A DNA stretch of 64,000 nt from Eimeria praecox (taxonomy: Eukaryota). Made by a program: the position numbers and the translations under genes. Under the pieces are notes generated by a model. It had not been told where the DNA came from. It did not search any database and worked only from the letters and a program-made list of their open reading frames with translations. Where the stretch lies: NCBI GenBank assembly GCA_963920595.1, contig OY986948.1, positions 2,418,001 to 2,482,000 of the forward strand. Reading direction: 5' to 3'. This document shows positions 13,201 to 25,707 of the stretch, piece after piece (position 1 is the stretch's first letter; each line of letters opens with the position of its first letter).

Positions 13201-15321
13201 ATTCTGCCCTGCGGTACTACACAGGCGACAAACTACAAGGCCATCAACCAACAACGCTAAAGCCACCCTGAGCTCCGACTCGGAAAATATCTGCTGCCAA
13301 AGTTGGACAAGCCACACCCTTGTTGCGGCCGCCGAGCGAGATCACAATTTGCTGGCTCTGCAATGCACCTCGCTCTTGGAAAATCGCAATTGACCTCTCT
13401 GTCAACAGCTGAGGGAACAACCGGCCTTTACACTCAACAAGTCCGCAAGTGCCCGACTGAGAAATTCTGTATGCGTAACAAGCATGCGACCCTTTGATAT
13501 TTGACCGGGCATCTGCTGAGACGTGACTCACAAGCTGCGTCCAGTGCTTCCAAGTAACATCTGACCCGAAATAAAGCTGTTTACCATCTCGTCTGAGCCA
13601 CTAAAATCGCAGGCCTAGCCGTTGCTATGAGGAAATCCTGCTGCATGGATCCGCACTAATTATGCTTCGCGTTGGGCGATTCAAAACACTTGCGCACCTG
13701 CCCTACCAACGCGCTTATACCAACGCCCGCCCGGCACAAAAGCTGGTCCATCAAGCCACAGGCACACACACGCACATGTATGTCAAGCAAAGCTCACACG
13801 CCAATTGGTGCAACTGCAGGAAATAGACCTGGCTTGACAGGCACTAAAACGCTGGCGCATATAAGCAGGAAATCCCGTTATGCAGAGGTAGGTATATCAT
13901 GCGCAGCAAAGCTCGCTTCTCCAATGCTTGTGATCCCCTTTTCGCATAGATGCCTGTTAATGAGCTGGTCAGAAATCGAAGGGTCAAGCTGAAATTTAGG
14001 CTTGCCTTCAGGAAATCTCTACTCTGAACTAGGACCGCAGCCCTCACCTCACCACAATGCAGGTTATAGAGGTTGCCCAAACATTGTGGTGACCAGGGCT
14101 GCATGCTGCAGATGCAATGCCTGATCTTCACGCTTTCGCACCGCTTTAGGCTCTGCCTGAATCCTTGAATCCTTTTGGAACGATGGCAAGCCCAAGACTC
14201 CCCGGCTACATAATGCACGTGACCCGCTCCAGACACCAACTCACGCTCTACAGTAACACAGCATTAGTGTAGGGGCATGCTCTGTCATGTGCTTTGACGT
14301 GCGCACAGCCAGTTATTCTCCCAGCGAACCGTTGGCATTACGCTCAGCAGATGAAATCTACACCCATATCTCATGTACTCTCCATCCAAGTCGTCGAAGA
14401 CGCCTTCGGCCAACCATCACGAAACGCTTTAACACTTGTGAGCGTACAGGCACTTAAACGTATAACTAAGCATGTAACTAAGCATCGTCCAGTCAGAGAT
14501 GCATGCAAAATAAGGGTACGTAGCAGCTCTCGCAAGAAAAGAAAACCCATTGTGACAGGCTATGCCCTGCCAGATTTTCGTTAGACCCTAACTCCTGCAA
14601 AGCTGCGCCGCAAAGCCTATCAGGCGGCATGCTGAGATTCTCTACAAATTCTTGTGCCTTCATCGCTGGCACACCAACTCACCATCCGCCAAAATAATTC
14701 AGGGCAGTCTTGCAGAGATCGGCTGCAACTCCCAGCTTTACCATCCATCGCAGCTGGCAACTCGCTCAGCCAACCAACCCACCAACGGGGTAAACGCAAG
14801 CACAAATTGCGCCTGCTTGAGCCCTGCAATGCCGTCAAAGCACGCGTCCACACACTCTCTGTAAGGTCAGTCCAAGCTATGCGTCATGAAAGCTATCGCC
14901 AGGTTGCTGGTTCGTCCTCAGTGCCGCATGTTTGTATCCGTTCGCACAAGAGCGACAAACGGTATCGAGCTGAGCATGAACTAGTGGACTGTACGACCCA
15001 AAGCGTCATATCCTCCACTTCCACTGCTAGTCGTGCACAAGGCCTTCTTAGTGGCGGGATCTGCTATGGCCGAACGCCTGCCAATAATGGAGGTAGAAAT
15101 GAGTTTACACAATTGGAACGTGCCCAGCGTCCCGCGCAAGCCATTATTCATAGTGGCTGGTACGAACAAACAATGCTTGCAACCAAGTCACAGTGTCGCC
15201 TCCAGGGCCCTTCACAAGTCAAAAGTGAAGGGCACTAGTTAGCGGATTCGTGCTTCCTAGAACTACCAAGGGCCGCCTTGCTGTGAAGCATCGTAGTGAG
15301 CGACTTCCACTGTAAGTTGCC
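10216..15321 (+). repeat. Unit 3 (5106 bp, short class, transitional)
   Basis: Mostly unit 1/2 alleles, with some right-side alleles (e.g. ggaggtagaaatgag, gaggtcagcgtaaac). Confidence 0.97.
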
Positions 15322-18300
15322 GACCCAGAAGGGCAAGCAGACAAGGAGCTGAGAAGAGCCTTTGAGAAAGCAGTGAGCACTTCGGCGCAGAGCAACGCCA
15401 ATGCTGTGGACAGGCCAGCAGATGCACCATGCGCAGCTTAAAAAGGAGCCTTGTACCGTTGCCAAGGGTGTTAGTAGGATGCTCGGCAAGATTGAAGGAC
15501 ACGCCCATCGAAGTCCAAAACCTTCTCCGCGCGATTCCGATTCTTCACGCCAGTTTCGGGCCCGGCCATCTCGTAAATTCCGTCTTCTCAATTCAAATCA
15601 AATTCCATCCTAATGGACTAACAACTCAAGCTGAAGCGGTACGCTCCTGCGCCTGATAGCAATGCAGCCACTAGCTGGTTTATATAGCCGAGTTCCTCAG
15701 TACACCAATGCACTGAGGCGATATCAGCGTTACTTCGAGGCGCCACAAGCACCTTCAACTGTTTTCATATGATGCTGCAAAACAACATACCTCCTGAAGG
15801 GCCGAGCAGAATTACCATGATGACCGTTGCACAGACTCTTGCAGATGAGGCGAACAGATCCCTCCTCACTCAGCGGCTCAGCATCACTGCAGTATCACCG
15901 CACCTATCAGAACTGAATCGTCACCTCAACCTCTACAAGCAGAGCATCTGCAAGAAAAGGACGCTGTTAGAACATCGCACTGCGACCCTTCACCGGCAGA
16001 GCAGCGTACCTTCAACTTAGTGGTGAGCGATCAACGGCATTGTCGATGGTTTGAAACCCCCCTCTCTGCTGCTGCCATATATGCGCAGGGGCGCTAGATC
16101 AACATTAGTGGCGCCTGCAGCTCAATGTATTATACCTTTCTACTCAACTGGCGCAGCTGAGGCGGCCATGCAGGCGCGCTACTAGGATTCCGCCCTTAGT
16201 GCTGTCAGTGCTGTCTTTTGTTCTACTGATCCAGCTTACTATCTGTTCTTCATCCCCTTACGCACAATAGCGAACGGTAGAGCGATCCTGCGGTTCGTGG
16301 GAAGGGTAGCAGCAACACTGAGATGGGCGCTGTTTATATGTGTCGGGCCCGCAACACTGCTGCCTGCAGAAGGTCCAGCCCCCAAGAAAGCATCGCTAAC
16401 ACATGCCAGCGGCACGTCGGACACGCGGGACGGGCAAATACAAGCCCCCGTAGCCTTGCAGAGTTTCTAAAGGTCGCACAGATTCGCACAGTACACACGG
16501 ACGTGGTACCCAAGGACTAGTGGGCAGCCCACACGATGCCCATTCCTGTCCGCTGGTTGCTTTGCAAGACGAAAGGCATGTCCTTGTCCTGTGATGCGTC
16601 AACCAGAGAAGCTGAACGACCATTTAGCAAAGACCGCACAAATCAAACAGATGCCCTACACCTCAGCTGAGACAAACTGGAAACCGAGCTCTCAATTCCC
16701 GGGAATCCTTTGGCCAAATCGCTAACGCGTACAAAGCTTAACAGCAGGGCCTGACGTTCCGTGGAATGCCTTTGACTTGTGCATTGTCCAAACGTGCCAC
16801 GTAATCATCTTAGATCAATTACGCGGGAAACCTTGCATTGGGGCTTTTGACCGTCACCAGCAAATATGTGATGAGCAATGCCAGAAGGGGGAGCGCGCCT
16901 ACTACCACAAAAAGCTAAATGCCAGACAAACAATCAAAGGAACTGAGCAGCCAGCAACCTCAAGAACAGTGTGTATCTTCCTCTTCTTGAGATCAACCGG
17001 CGTGCAAGTTGTATGTTGCCCCCTACCAATCCTCTCAAAATAGTCCTACAGCAGCCGCTGTTGTTGTTTACCAAAACTCAGCATGGCCATGACGCACATT
17101 CTAAAACCTCATTGGACTAGGAAAGCCGCATTCAGTAGCTTACGCGTATTGAACGCGAACGGGTGCGAAAAAAGACACACCTCCTTGCGTCCAGCCGACT
17201 TCTGTCGCATGCCTCATCCCCAGCACGAGGTCAGCGTAAACCAACAGAAACAGCGGGGAGCATGCTATCGCTAGTCTACACCCAAATACGCTTTGTTCTG
17301 CTTCCCTACAAACTAGCACTGATTTGATCAAATGGCTCACCAAGCAATACGCTAGAAGCAAGCTAAATCGCAAAACGTACAACTGTTCCATACCGCCTAC
17401 AGTGGTCCCTCCCTAACCCTGGAAAGTGCGGGGGCACTCGTCCCGCACAAACAAGTAAATTAGCTTGCATGTAAGAAGCCTCAAATCGGGGGCTTCCACT
17501 TGCTCTCGACACTGACGCTACAAGGAAAATCACTTCTCCACTTCGATAACTGAACCGATGCTCTCGCACCAAACTAAGAGCTCATGAACTGTCTCACTGA
17601 ACTAGCTGACAACTAAGGACGGTGGGATCGAAAACATGGCCAGCAGCTTCCGGTTTGCTGTTTCAAACGGTTTCCGCCCTGCAACTAACAGTCAACCAAA
17701 GACGGCGGAGGGCAGCAACGTGCAGGAGCTATTCAGCGCCCACTAATCAGTAGGTGCTGGTTGCAACTTGTGCATAGCGGCATCTAAACAAGTCCTCAAG
17801 CGAAATGGTACAAAATCACCGCTTGTTCCAGTTACGGCTTAATCTAAGTGCTTGCTTGCCGCATACGTACGTGCAACCTGCCTTCAACCTACACGATTCC
17901 CTTCAACAACCAAACGTTCCCGCACATCCTGCATCAGGGCATAGTTCCTACGATAATGACCGTGCTTCACAAGCGCTTGCTTGTTCGTCTGATGGCCTTC
18001 GGTGCTTCTCCCGGTCATCATCACCTCTCACACAAACGTAAAATAAGCAACTTGGCATACTAGCCTGCGTCTGCTCGCTTTACGGCCACACACATGTATC
18101 GGAACGGCTTCACGGCATCGCACCGCCAACACACCAAGGTAAACAAACTGAAATCACGCAGTTCGGTGTCACTTTCTGAGCACCTCAGCTCCACAACACC
18201 ATGCCCGACAAAGCCGTAGCACTAGCTGTGAACAGCCAGGCATTAGCGGTAGGGGTGTTGCACAGACAAACTCTACAAAATGAGGCACGCCCAGATTCTG

Positions 18301-20515
18301 CCTCCCATTCTGCCCTGCGGCACTACACAGGTGACAAACTACAAGGTCACCAACCAACAACGCTAAAGCCACCCTGAGCTCCGACTCGGAAAATATCTGC
18401 TGCCAAAGTTGGACAAGCCACACCCCTGTTGCGGCCGCGGAGCGAGATCACAATTTGCTGGCTCTGCAATGCATCTCGCCCTTGGAAAATCGCAACTGAC
18501 CTCTTTGTCAACAGCTGAGGGAACAACCGCCCTTTACACTTAACAAGTCCGCAAGTGCCCGACTGAGGAGTTTTGTATGCGTAACAAGCATGCGACCCTT
18601 TGAGATTTGGCCAGGCACCTGCGGAGACTTGACTCACAAGCTGCGTCCAGTGCCTCCAAGTAACATCTGACCCGAAATAAAGCTGTTTACCATCTCGTCT
18701 GAGCCACTAAATTCGCAGGCCTAGCCGTTGCTATGAGGAAATCCTGCTGCATGGATCCGCACTAATTATGCTTCGCGTTGGGCGATTCAAAACACTTGCG
18801 CACCTGCCCTACCAACGCGCGTATATCAACGCCCGCCCGGCACACCAGGGTAAACAAACTGAATCACGCAGTTCGGTGTCACGTTCTGAGCACCTCAGCT
18901 CCGCAATACCATGCCCGACAAAGCCTTAGCACAAGCTGGTTCATCAAGCCACAGGCACACACACGCACATGTATGTCAAGCAAAGCTCACACGCCAATTG
19001 GTGCAACTGCAGGAAATAGACCTGGCTTTACAGGCACCAAAACGCTGCCGCATATAAGCAGGAAATCCCGTTATGCAGAGGTAGGTATATCATGCGCAGC
19101 AAAGCTCGCTTCTCCAATGCTTGCGATCCCCTTTTCGCATAGATGCCTGTTAATGAGCTGGTCAGAAATCGAAGGGTCAAGCTGAAATTTAGGCTTGCCT
19201 TCAGGAAATCTCTACTCTGAACTAGGACCGCAGCCCTCACCTCACCAAAATGCAGGTTATAGAGGCTGCCCAAACATTGTGGTGACCAGGGCTGCATGCT
19301 GCAGATGCAATGCCTGATCTTCATGCTTTCACATTGCTTTAGGCTCTGCCTGCATTCTTGAATCCTTTTGGAACAATGGCAAATCCGCGACTCCCCCGGC
19401 TACGTAATGCACGTCACCCGCTCCAGACACCAACTTACGTTCTACAGTAACACAGCATTCGTGTAGGGGCATGCTCTATCATGTGCTTTGACGTGCGCCC
19501 AACCAGTTATTCTCCCAGCGACCCGTTGGCATTACGCTCAGCAGATGAAATCTACACCCATATCTCATGTACTCTCCATCCAAGTCGTCGAAGACGCCTT
19601 CGGCAAACCATCACGAAACACATTAACACTTGTGAAGGTACAGGCACTTCAACGTATAACTAGGCATATAACTAAGCATCGTCCAGTCAGAGATGCATGC
19701 AAAATAAGGGTACGTAGCAGCGCTCGGAAGAAAAGAAAACCCATTGTGACAGGCTATGCCCTGCCAGATTTTCGTTAGACCCTAACTCCTGCAAAGCTGC
19801 GCCGCAAAGCCTATCAGGCCGCATGCTGACATTCTCTACAAATTCTTGTGCCTTCATCGCTGGCACACCAACTCACCATCCGCCAAAATAATGCAGGGCA
19901 GTCTTGCAGAGATCGGCTGCAACTCCCAGCTTTACCATCCATCGCAGTTTGCAACTCACACAGCCAACCAACCAACCAACGGGATAAACGCAAGCACAAA
20001 TTGCGCCTGCTTGAGCCCTGCAATGCCGTCAGAGCACGCGTCCACACACTCTCTGTAAGGTCAGTCCAAGCTATGCGTCATGAAAGCTATCGCCAGGTTG
20101 TTGGTTCGTCCTCAATGCCGCATGTTTATATCCGTTCGCACAAGAGCGACAAACGGTATTGAGCTGAGCACGAACTAGCGGACTGTACGACCCAAAGCGT
20201 CATATCCTCCACTTCCACTGCTAGTCGTGCACAAGGCCTTCTTAGTGGCGGGATCTGCTATGGCCGAACGCCTGCCAATAATGGAGGTAGAAATGAGTTT
20301 ACACAATTGGAACGTGCCCAGCGTCCCGCGCAAGCCATTATTCATAGTGGCTGGTACGAACAAACAATGCTTGCGACCAAGTCACAGTGTCGCCTCCAGG
20401 GCCCTTCACAAGTCAAAAGTGAAGGGCACTAGTTAGCGGATTCGTGCTTCCTAGAACTACCAAGGGCCGCCTTGCTGTGAAGCATCGTAGTGAGCGACTT
20501 TCACTGTAAGTTGCC
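15322..20515 (+). repeat. Unit 4 (5194 bp, long class)
   Basis: Carries the 87-bp insert at ~18841-18934. Confidence 0.97.
18841..18934 (+). repeat. Second copy of the intra-unit segment, net +87 bp (also at ~24034, ~49653, ~54846, ~60069)
   Basis: Long allele cccgg-cacaccagggtaaac..aagccttagcacaa-gctgg versus short allele cccgg-cacaaaa-gctgg (94 nt vs 7 nt). Confidence 0.95.
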
Positions 20516-23500
20516 GACCCAGAAGAGCAAGCAGACAAGGAGCTGAGAAGAGCCTTTGAGAAAGCAGTGAGCAGTTCGGCGCAGAGCAACGCCAATGCTG
20601 TGGACAGGCCAGCAGATGCACCATGCGCAGCTTAAAAAGGAGCCTTGTACCCTTGCCCAGGGTGTTAGTAGGATGCTCGGCAAGATTGAAGGACACGCCC
20701 ATCGAAGTCCAAAACCTTCTCCGCGCGATTCCGATTCTTCACGCCAGTTTCGGGCCCGGCCATCTCGTAAATTCCGTCTTCCCAATTCAAATCAAATTCC
20801 ATCCTAATGGACTAACAACTCAAGCTGAAGCGGTACGATCCTCCGTCTGATAGTAATGCAGCCACTAGCTGGTTTATATACCCGAGTTCCTCAGTACACC
20901 AATGCACTGAGGCGATATCAGCGTTACTTCGAGGCGTCCCAAGCACCTTCAACTGTTTTCATATGATGCTGCAAAACAACATACCTCCTGAAGGGCCGAG
21001 CAGAATTACCATGATGACCGTTGCACAGACTCTTGCAGATGAGGCGAACAGATCCCTCCTCACTCAGCGGCTCAGCATCACTGCAGTATCACCGCACCTA
21101 TCAGAACTGAATCGTCACCTCACTTCTGCAAGCCGAGCATCTGAAAGAAAAGGACGCTGTTAAAACATCGCACTGCGACCCTTCACCGGCAGAGCAGCGT
21201 ACCTTCAACTTAGTGGTGAGCGATCAACGGCATTGTCGATGGTTTGAAACCCCCCTCTCTGCTGCTGCCATATATGCGCAGGGGCGCTAGATCAGCATTA
21301 GCGGCGCCTGCATCCCAATGTATTATACCTTTCTACTCGACTGGCGCAGCTGAGGCGGCCATGCAGGCGCGCTACTAGGATTCCGCCCTTAGTGCTGTCA
21401 GTGCTGTCTTTTGTTCTAGTGATCCAGCGTACCTCCTGTCCTTCATCCCCTTACGCACGATAGCGAACGGTAGAGCGATCCTGCGGTTCGTGGGACGGGT
21501 AGCAGCAACACTGAGAGGGGCACTGTAAATATGTGTCGGGCCCGCAAAACCGCTGCCTGCAGAAGGTCCAGCCCCCAAGAAAGCATCGCTAACACATGCC
21601 AGCGGCACGTCGGACACGCATAACGGGCAACGGCAAGCCCCCGTAGCCTTGCAGAGTTTCTAAAGGTCGCACAAATTCGCACAGTACACACGGACGTGGC
21701 ACCCAAGGACTAGTGGGCAGCCCACATGATGCCCATTCCTGTCCGCTGGTTGCTTTGCAAGACGAAAGGCATGTCCTTGTCCTGTGATGCGTCAAGCAGA
21801 GAAGCTGAACGACCATTTAGCAAAGACCGCACAAATCAAACAGATGCCCTACACCTCAGCTGAGACACACTGGAAACCGAGCTCTCAATTCCCAGGAATC
21901 CTTTGGCCAAATCGCTAACGCGTACAAAGCTTAACAGCAGGGCCTGACGTTCCGTGGAATGCCTTTGACTTGTGCATTGTCCAAACGTGCCACGTAATCA
22001 TCTTAGATCAATTACGCGGGAAACCTTGCATTGGGGCTTTTGACCGTCACCAGCAAATATGTGATGAGCAATGCCAGAAGGGGGAGCGCGCCTACTACCA
22101 CAAAAAGCTAAATGCCAGACAAACAATCAAAGGAACTGAGCAGCCAGCAACCTCAAGAACAGTGTGTATCTTCCTCTTCTTGAGATCAACCGGCGTGCAA
22201 GTTGTATGTTGCCCCCTACCAATCCTCTCAAAATAGTCCTACAGCAGCCGCTGTTGTTGTTTACCAAAACTCAGCATGGCCATGACGCACATTCTAAAAC
22301 CTCATTGGACTAGGAAGGCCGCATTCAGTAGCTTACGCGTATTGAACGCGAACGGGTGCGAAAAAAGACACACCTCCTTGCGTCCAGCCGACTTCTGTCT
22401 CATGCCTCATCCCCAGCACGAGGTCAGCGTAAACCAACAGAAACAGCGGGGAGCATGCTATCGCTAGTCTACACCCAAATACGCTTTGTTCTGCTTCCCT
22501 ACAAACTAGCACTGATTTGATCAAATGGCTCACCAAGCAATACGCTAGAAGCAAGCTAAATCGCAAAACGTACAACTGTTCCATACCGCCTACAGTGGTC
22601 CCTCCCTAACCCTGGAAAATGCGGGAGCACTCGTCCCGCACAAACAAGTAAATTAGCTTGCATGTAAGAAGCCTCAAATCGGGGGCTTCCACTTGCTCTC
22701 GACACTGACGCTACAAGGAAAAGCGCTTCTCCACTTCGATAACTGAACCGATGCTCTCGCACCAAACTAAGAGCTCATGAACTGTCTCACTGAACTAGCT
22801 GACAACTAAGGACGGTGGGATCGAAAACATGGCCAGCAGCTTCCGGTTTGCTGTTTCAAACGGTTTCCGCCCTGCAACTAACAGTCAACCAAAGACGGCG
22901 GAGGGCAGCAACGTGCAGGAGCTAGTCAGCGCCTACTAATCAGTAGGTGATCGTTGCATCTTGCGCATAGCGGCACCTAAATAAGTCCTCAAGCGAAATG
23001 GTACAAAATCACTGATTGTTCCAGTTACGGCTTAATCTAAGTGCTTGCTTGCCGCATACGTATGTGCAACCTGCCTTCAACCTACACGATTCCCTTCAAC
23101 AACCAAACGTTCCCGCACATCCTGCATCAGGGCATAGTTCCTACGATAATGACCGTGCTTCACAAGCGCTTGCTTGTTCGTCTGATGGCCTTCGGTGCTT
23201 CTCCCGGTCATCGTCACCTCTCACACAAACGTAAAATAAGCAACTTGGCATACTAGCCTGCGTCTGCTCGCTTTACGGCCACACACATGTATCGGAACGG
23301 CTTCACGGCATCGCACCGCCAACACACCAGGGTAAACAAACTGAAATCACGCAGTTCGGTGTCACTTTCTGAGCACCTCAGCTTCACAATACCATGCCCG
23401 ACAGAGCCGTAGCACTAGCTGTGAACAGGCAGGCATTAGCGGTAGGGGTGTTGCACAGACAAACTCTACAAAATGAGGCACGCCCAGATTCTGCCTCCCA

Positions 23501-25707
23501 TTCTGCCCTGCGGCACTAAACAGGTGACAAACTACAAGGTCACCAACCAACAACGCTAAAGCCACCCTGAGCTCCGACTCTGAAAATATCTGCTGCCAAA
23601 GTTGGACAAGCCACACCCTTGTTGCGGCCGCGGAGCGAGATCACAATTTGCTGGCTCTGCAATGCATCTCGCCCTTGGAAAATCGCAACTGACCTCTTTG
23701 TCAACAGCTGAGGGAACAACCGCCCTTTACACTTAACAAGTCCGCAAGTGCCCGACTGAGGAGTTTTGTATGCGTAACAAGCATGCGACCCTTTGAGATT
23801 TGGCCAGGCACCTGCGGAGACTTGACTCACAAGCTGCGTCCAGTGCCTCCAAGTAACATCTGACCCGAAATAAAGCTGTTTACCATCTCGTCTGAGCCAC
23901 TAAATTCGCAGGCCTAGCCGTTGCTATGAGGAAATCCTGCTGCATGGATCCGCACTAATTATGCTTCGCGTTGGGCGATTCAAAACACTTGCGCACCTGC
24001 CCTACCAACGCGCGTATATCAACGCCCGCCCGGCACACCAGGGTAAACAAACTGAATCACGCAGTTCGGTGTCACGTTCTGAGCACCTCAGCTCCGCAAT
24101 ACCATGCCCGACAAAGCCTTAGCACAAGCTGGTTCATCAAGCCACAGGCACACACACGCACATGTATGTCAAGCAAAGCTCACACGCCAATTGGTGCAAC
24201 TGCAGGAAATAGACCTGGCTTGACAGGCACCAAAACGCTGCCGCATATAAGCAGGAAATCCCGTTATGCACAGGTAGGTATATCATGCGCAGCAAAGCTC
24301 GCTTCTCCAATGCTTGCGATCCCCTTTTCGCATAGATGCCTGTTAATGAGCTGGTCAGAAATCGAAGGGTCAAGCTGAAATTTAGGCTTGCCTTCAGGAA
24401 ATCTCTACTCTGAACTAGGACCGCAGCCCTCACCTCACCAAAATGCAGGTTATAGAGGTTGCCCAAACATTGTGGTGACCAGGGCTGCATGCTGCAGATG
24501 CAATGCCTGATCTTCATGCTTTCACATTGCTTTAGGCTCTGCCTGCATTCTTGAATCCTTTTGGAACGATGGCAAATCCGCGACTCCCCGGCTACGTAAT
24601 GCACGTCACCCGCTCCAGACACCAACTTACGTTCTACAGTAACACAGCATTAGTGTAGGGGCATGCTCTGTCATGTGCTTTGACGTGCGCCCAACCAGTT
24701 ATTCTCCCAGCGACCCGTTGGCATTACGCTCAGCAGATGAAATCTACACCCATATCTCATGTACTCTCCATCCAAGTCGTCGAAGACGCCTTCGGCAAAC
24801 CATCACGAAACACATTAACACTTGTGAAGGTACAGGCACTTCAACGTATAACTAGGCATATAACTAAGCATCGTCCAGTCAGAGATGCATGCAAAATAAG
24901 GGTACGTAGCAGCGCTCGGAAGAAAAGAAAACCCATTGTGACAGGCTATGCCCTGCCAGATTTTCGTTAGACCCTAACTCCTGCAAAGCTGCGCCGCAAA
25001 GCCTATCAGGCGGCATGCTGAGATTCTCTACAAATCCTTGTGCCTTCATCGCTGGCACACCAACTCACAATCCAACAAAATAATTCAGGGCAGTCTTGCA
25101 GAGATCGGCTGCAACTCCCAGCTTTACCATCCATCGCAGCTGGCAACTCGCTCAGCCAACCAACCCACCAACGGGGTAAACGCAAGCACAAATTGCGCCT
25201 GCTTGAGCCCTGCAATGCCGTCAAAGCACGCGTCCACACACTCTCTGTAAGGTCAGTCCAAGCCATGCGTCATGAAAGCTATCGCCAGGTTGCTGGTTCG
25301 TCCTCAGTGCCGCATGTTTGTATCCGTTCGCACAAGAGCGACAAACGGTATCGAGCTGAGCATGAACTAGTGGACTGTACGACCCAAAGCGTCATATCCT
25401 CCACTTCCACTGCTAGTCGTGCACAAGGCCTTCTTAGTGGCGGGATCTGCTATGGCCGAACGCCTGCCAATAATGGAGGTACAAGTGAGTTTACACAATT
25501 GGAACGTGCTCAGCGTCCCGCGCAAGCCATTATTCATAGTGGCTGGTACGAACAAACAATGCTTGCGACCAAGTCACAGTGTCGCCTCCAAGGCCCTTCA
25601 CAAGTCAAAAGTGAAGGGCACTAGTTACCGGATTCGTGCTTCCTAGAACTACCAAGGGCCGCCTTGCTGTGAAGCACCGTAGTGAGCGACTTCCACTGTA
25701 AGTTGCC
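20516..25707 (+). repeat. Unit 5 (5192 bp, long class; distal ~0.7 kb is unit-1/2-like)
   Basis: Insert at ~24034-24127; left-subfamily alleles at ~25010-25680. Confidence 0.97.

Noticed and set aside
16213..16254. Resemblance of cttttgttcta..gatccagcttactatctgttctt to the 5' part of U2 snRNA
   Set aside because: The branch-point recognition motif GTAGTA is absent, there is no stem IIa pairing or Sm site downstream, and only units 4, 6, 8 and 12 carry this allele. An Rfam cmsearch would settle it.
18778..19185. In-frame nature of the 87-bp insert (29 codons) as evidence of coding
   Set aside because: There is a one-in-three chance of this. The host ORF starts at TTG and its stop position varies among copies.
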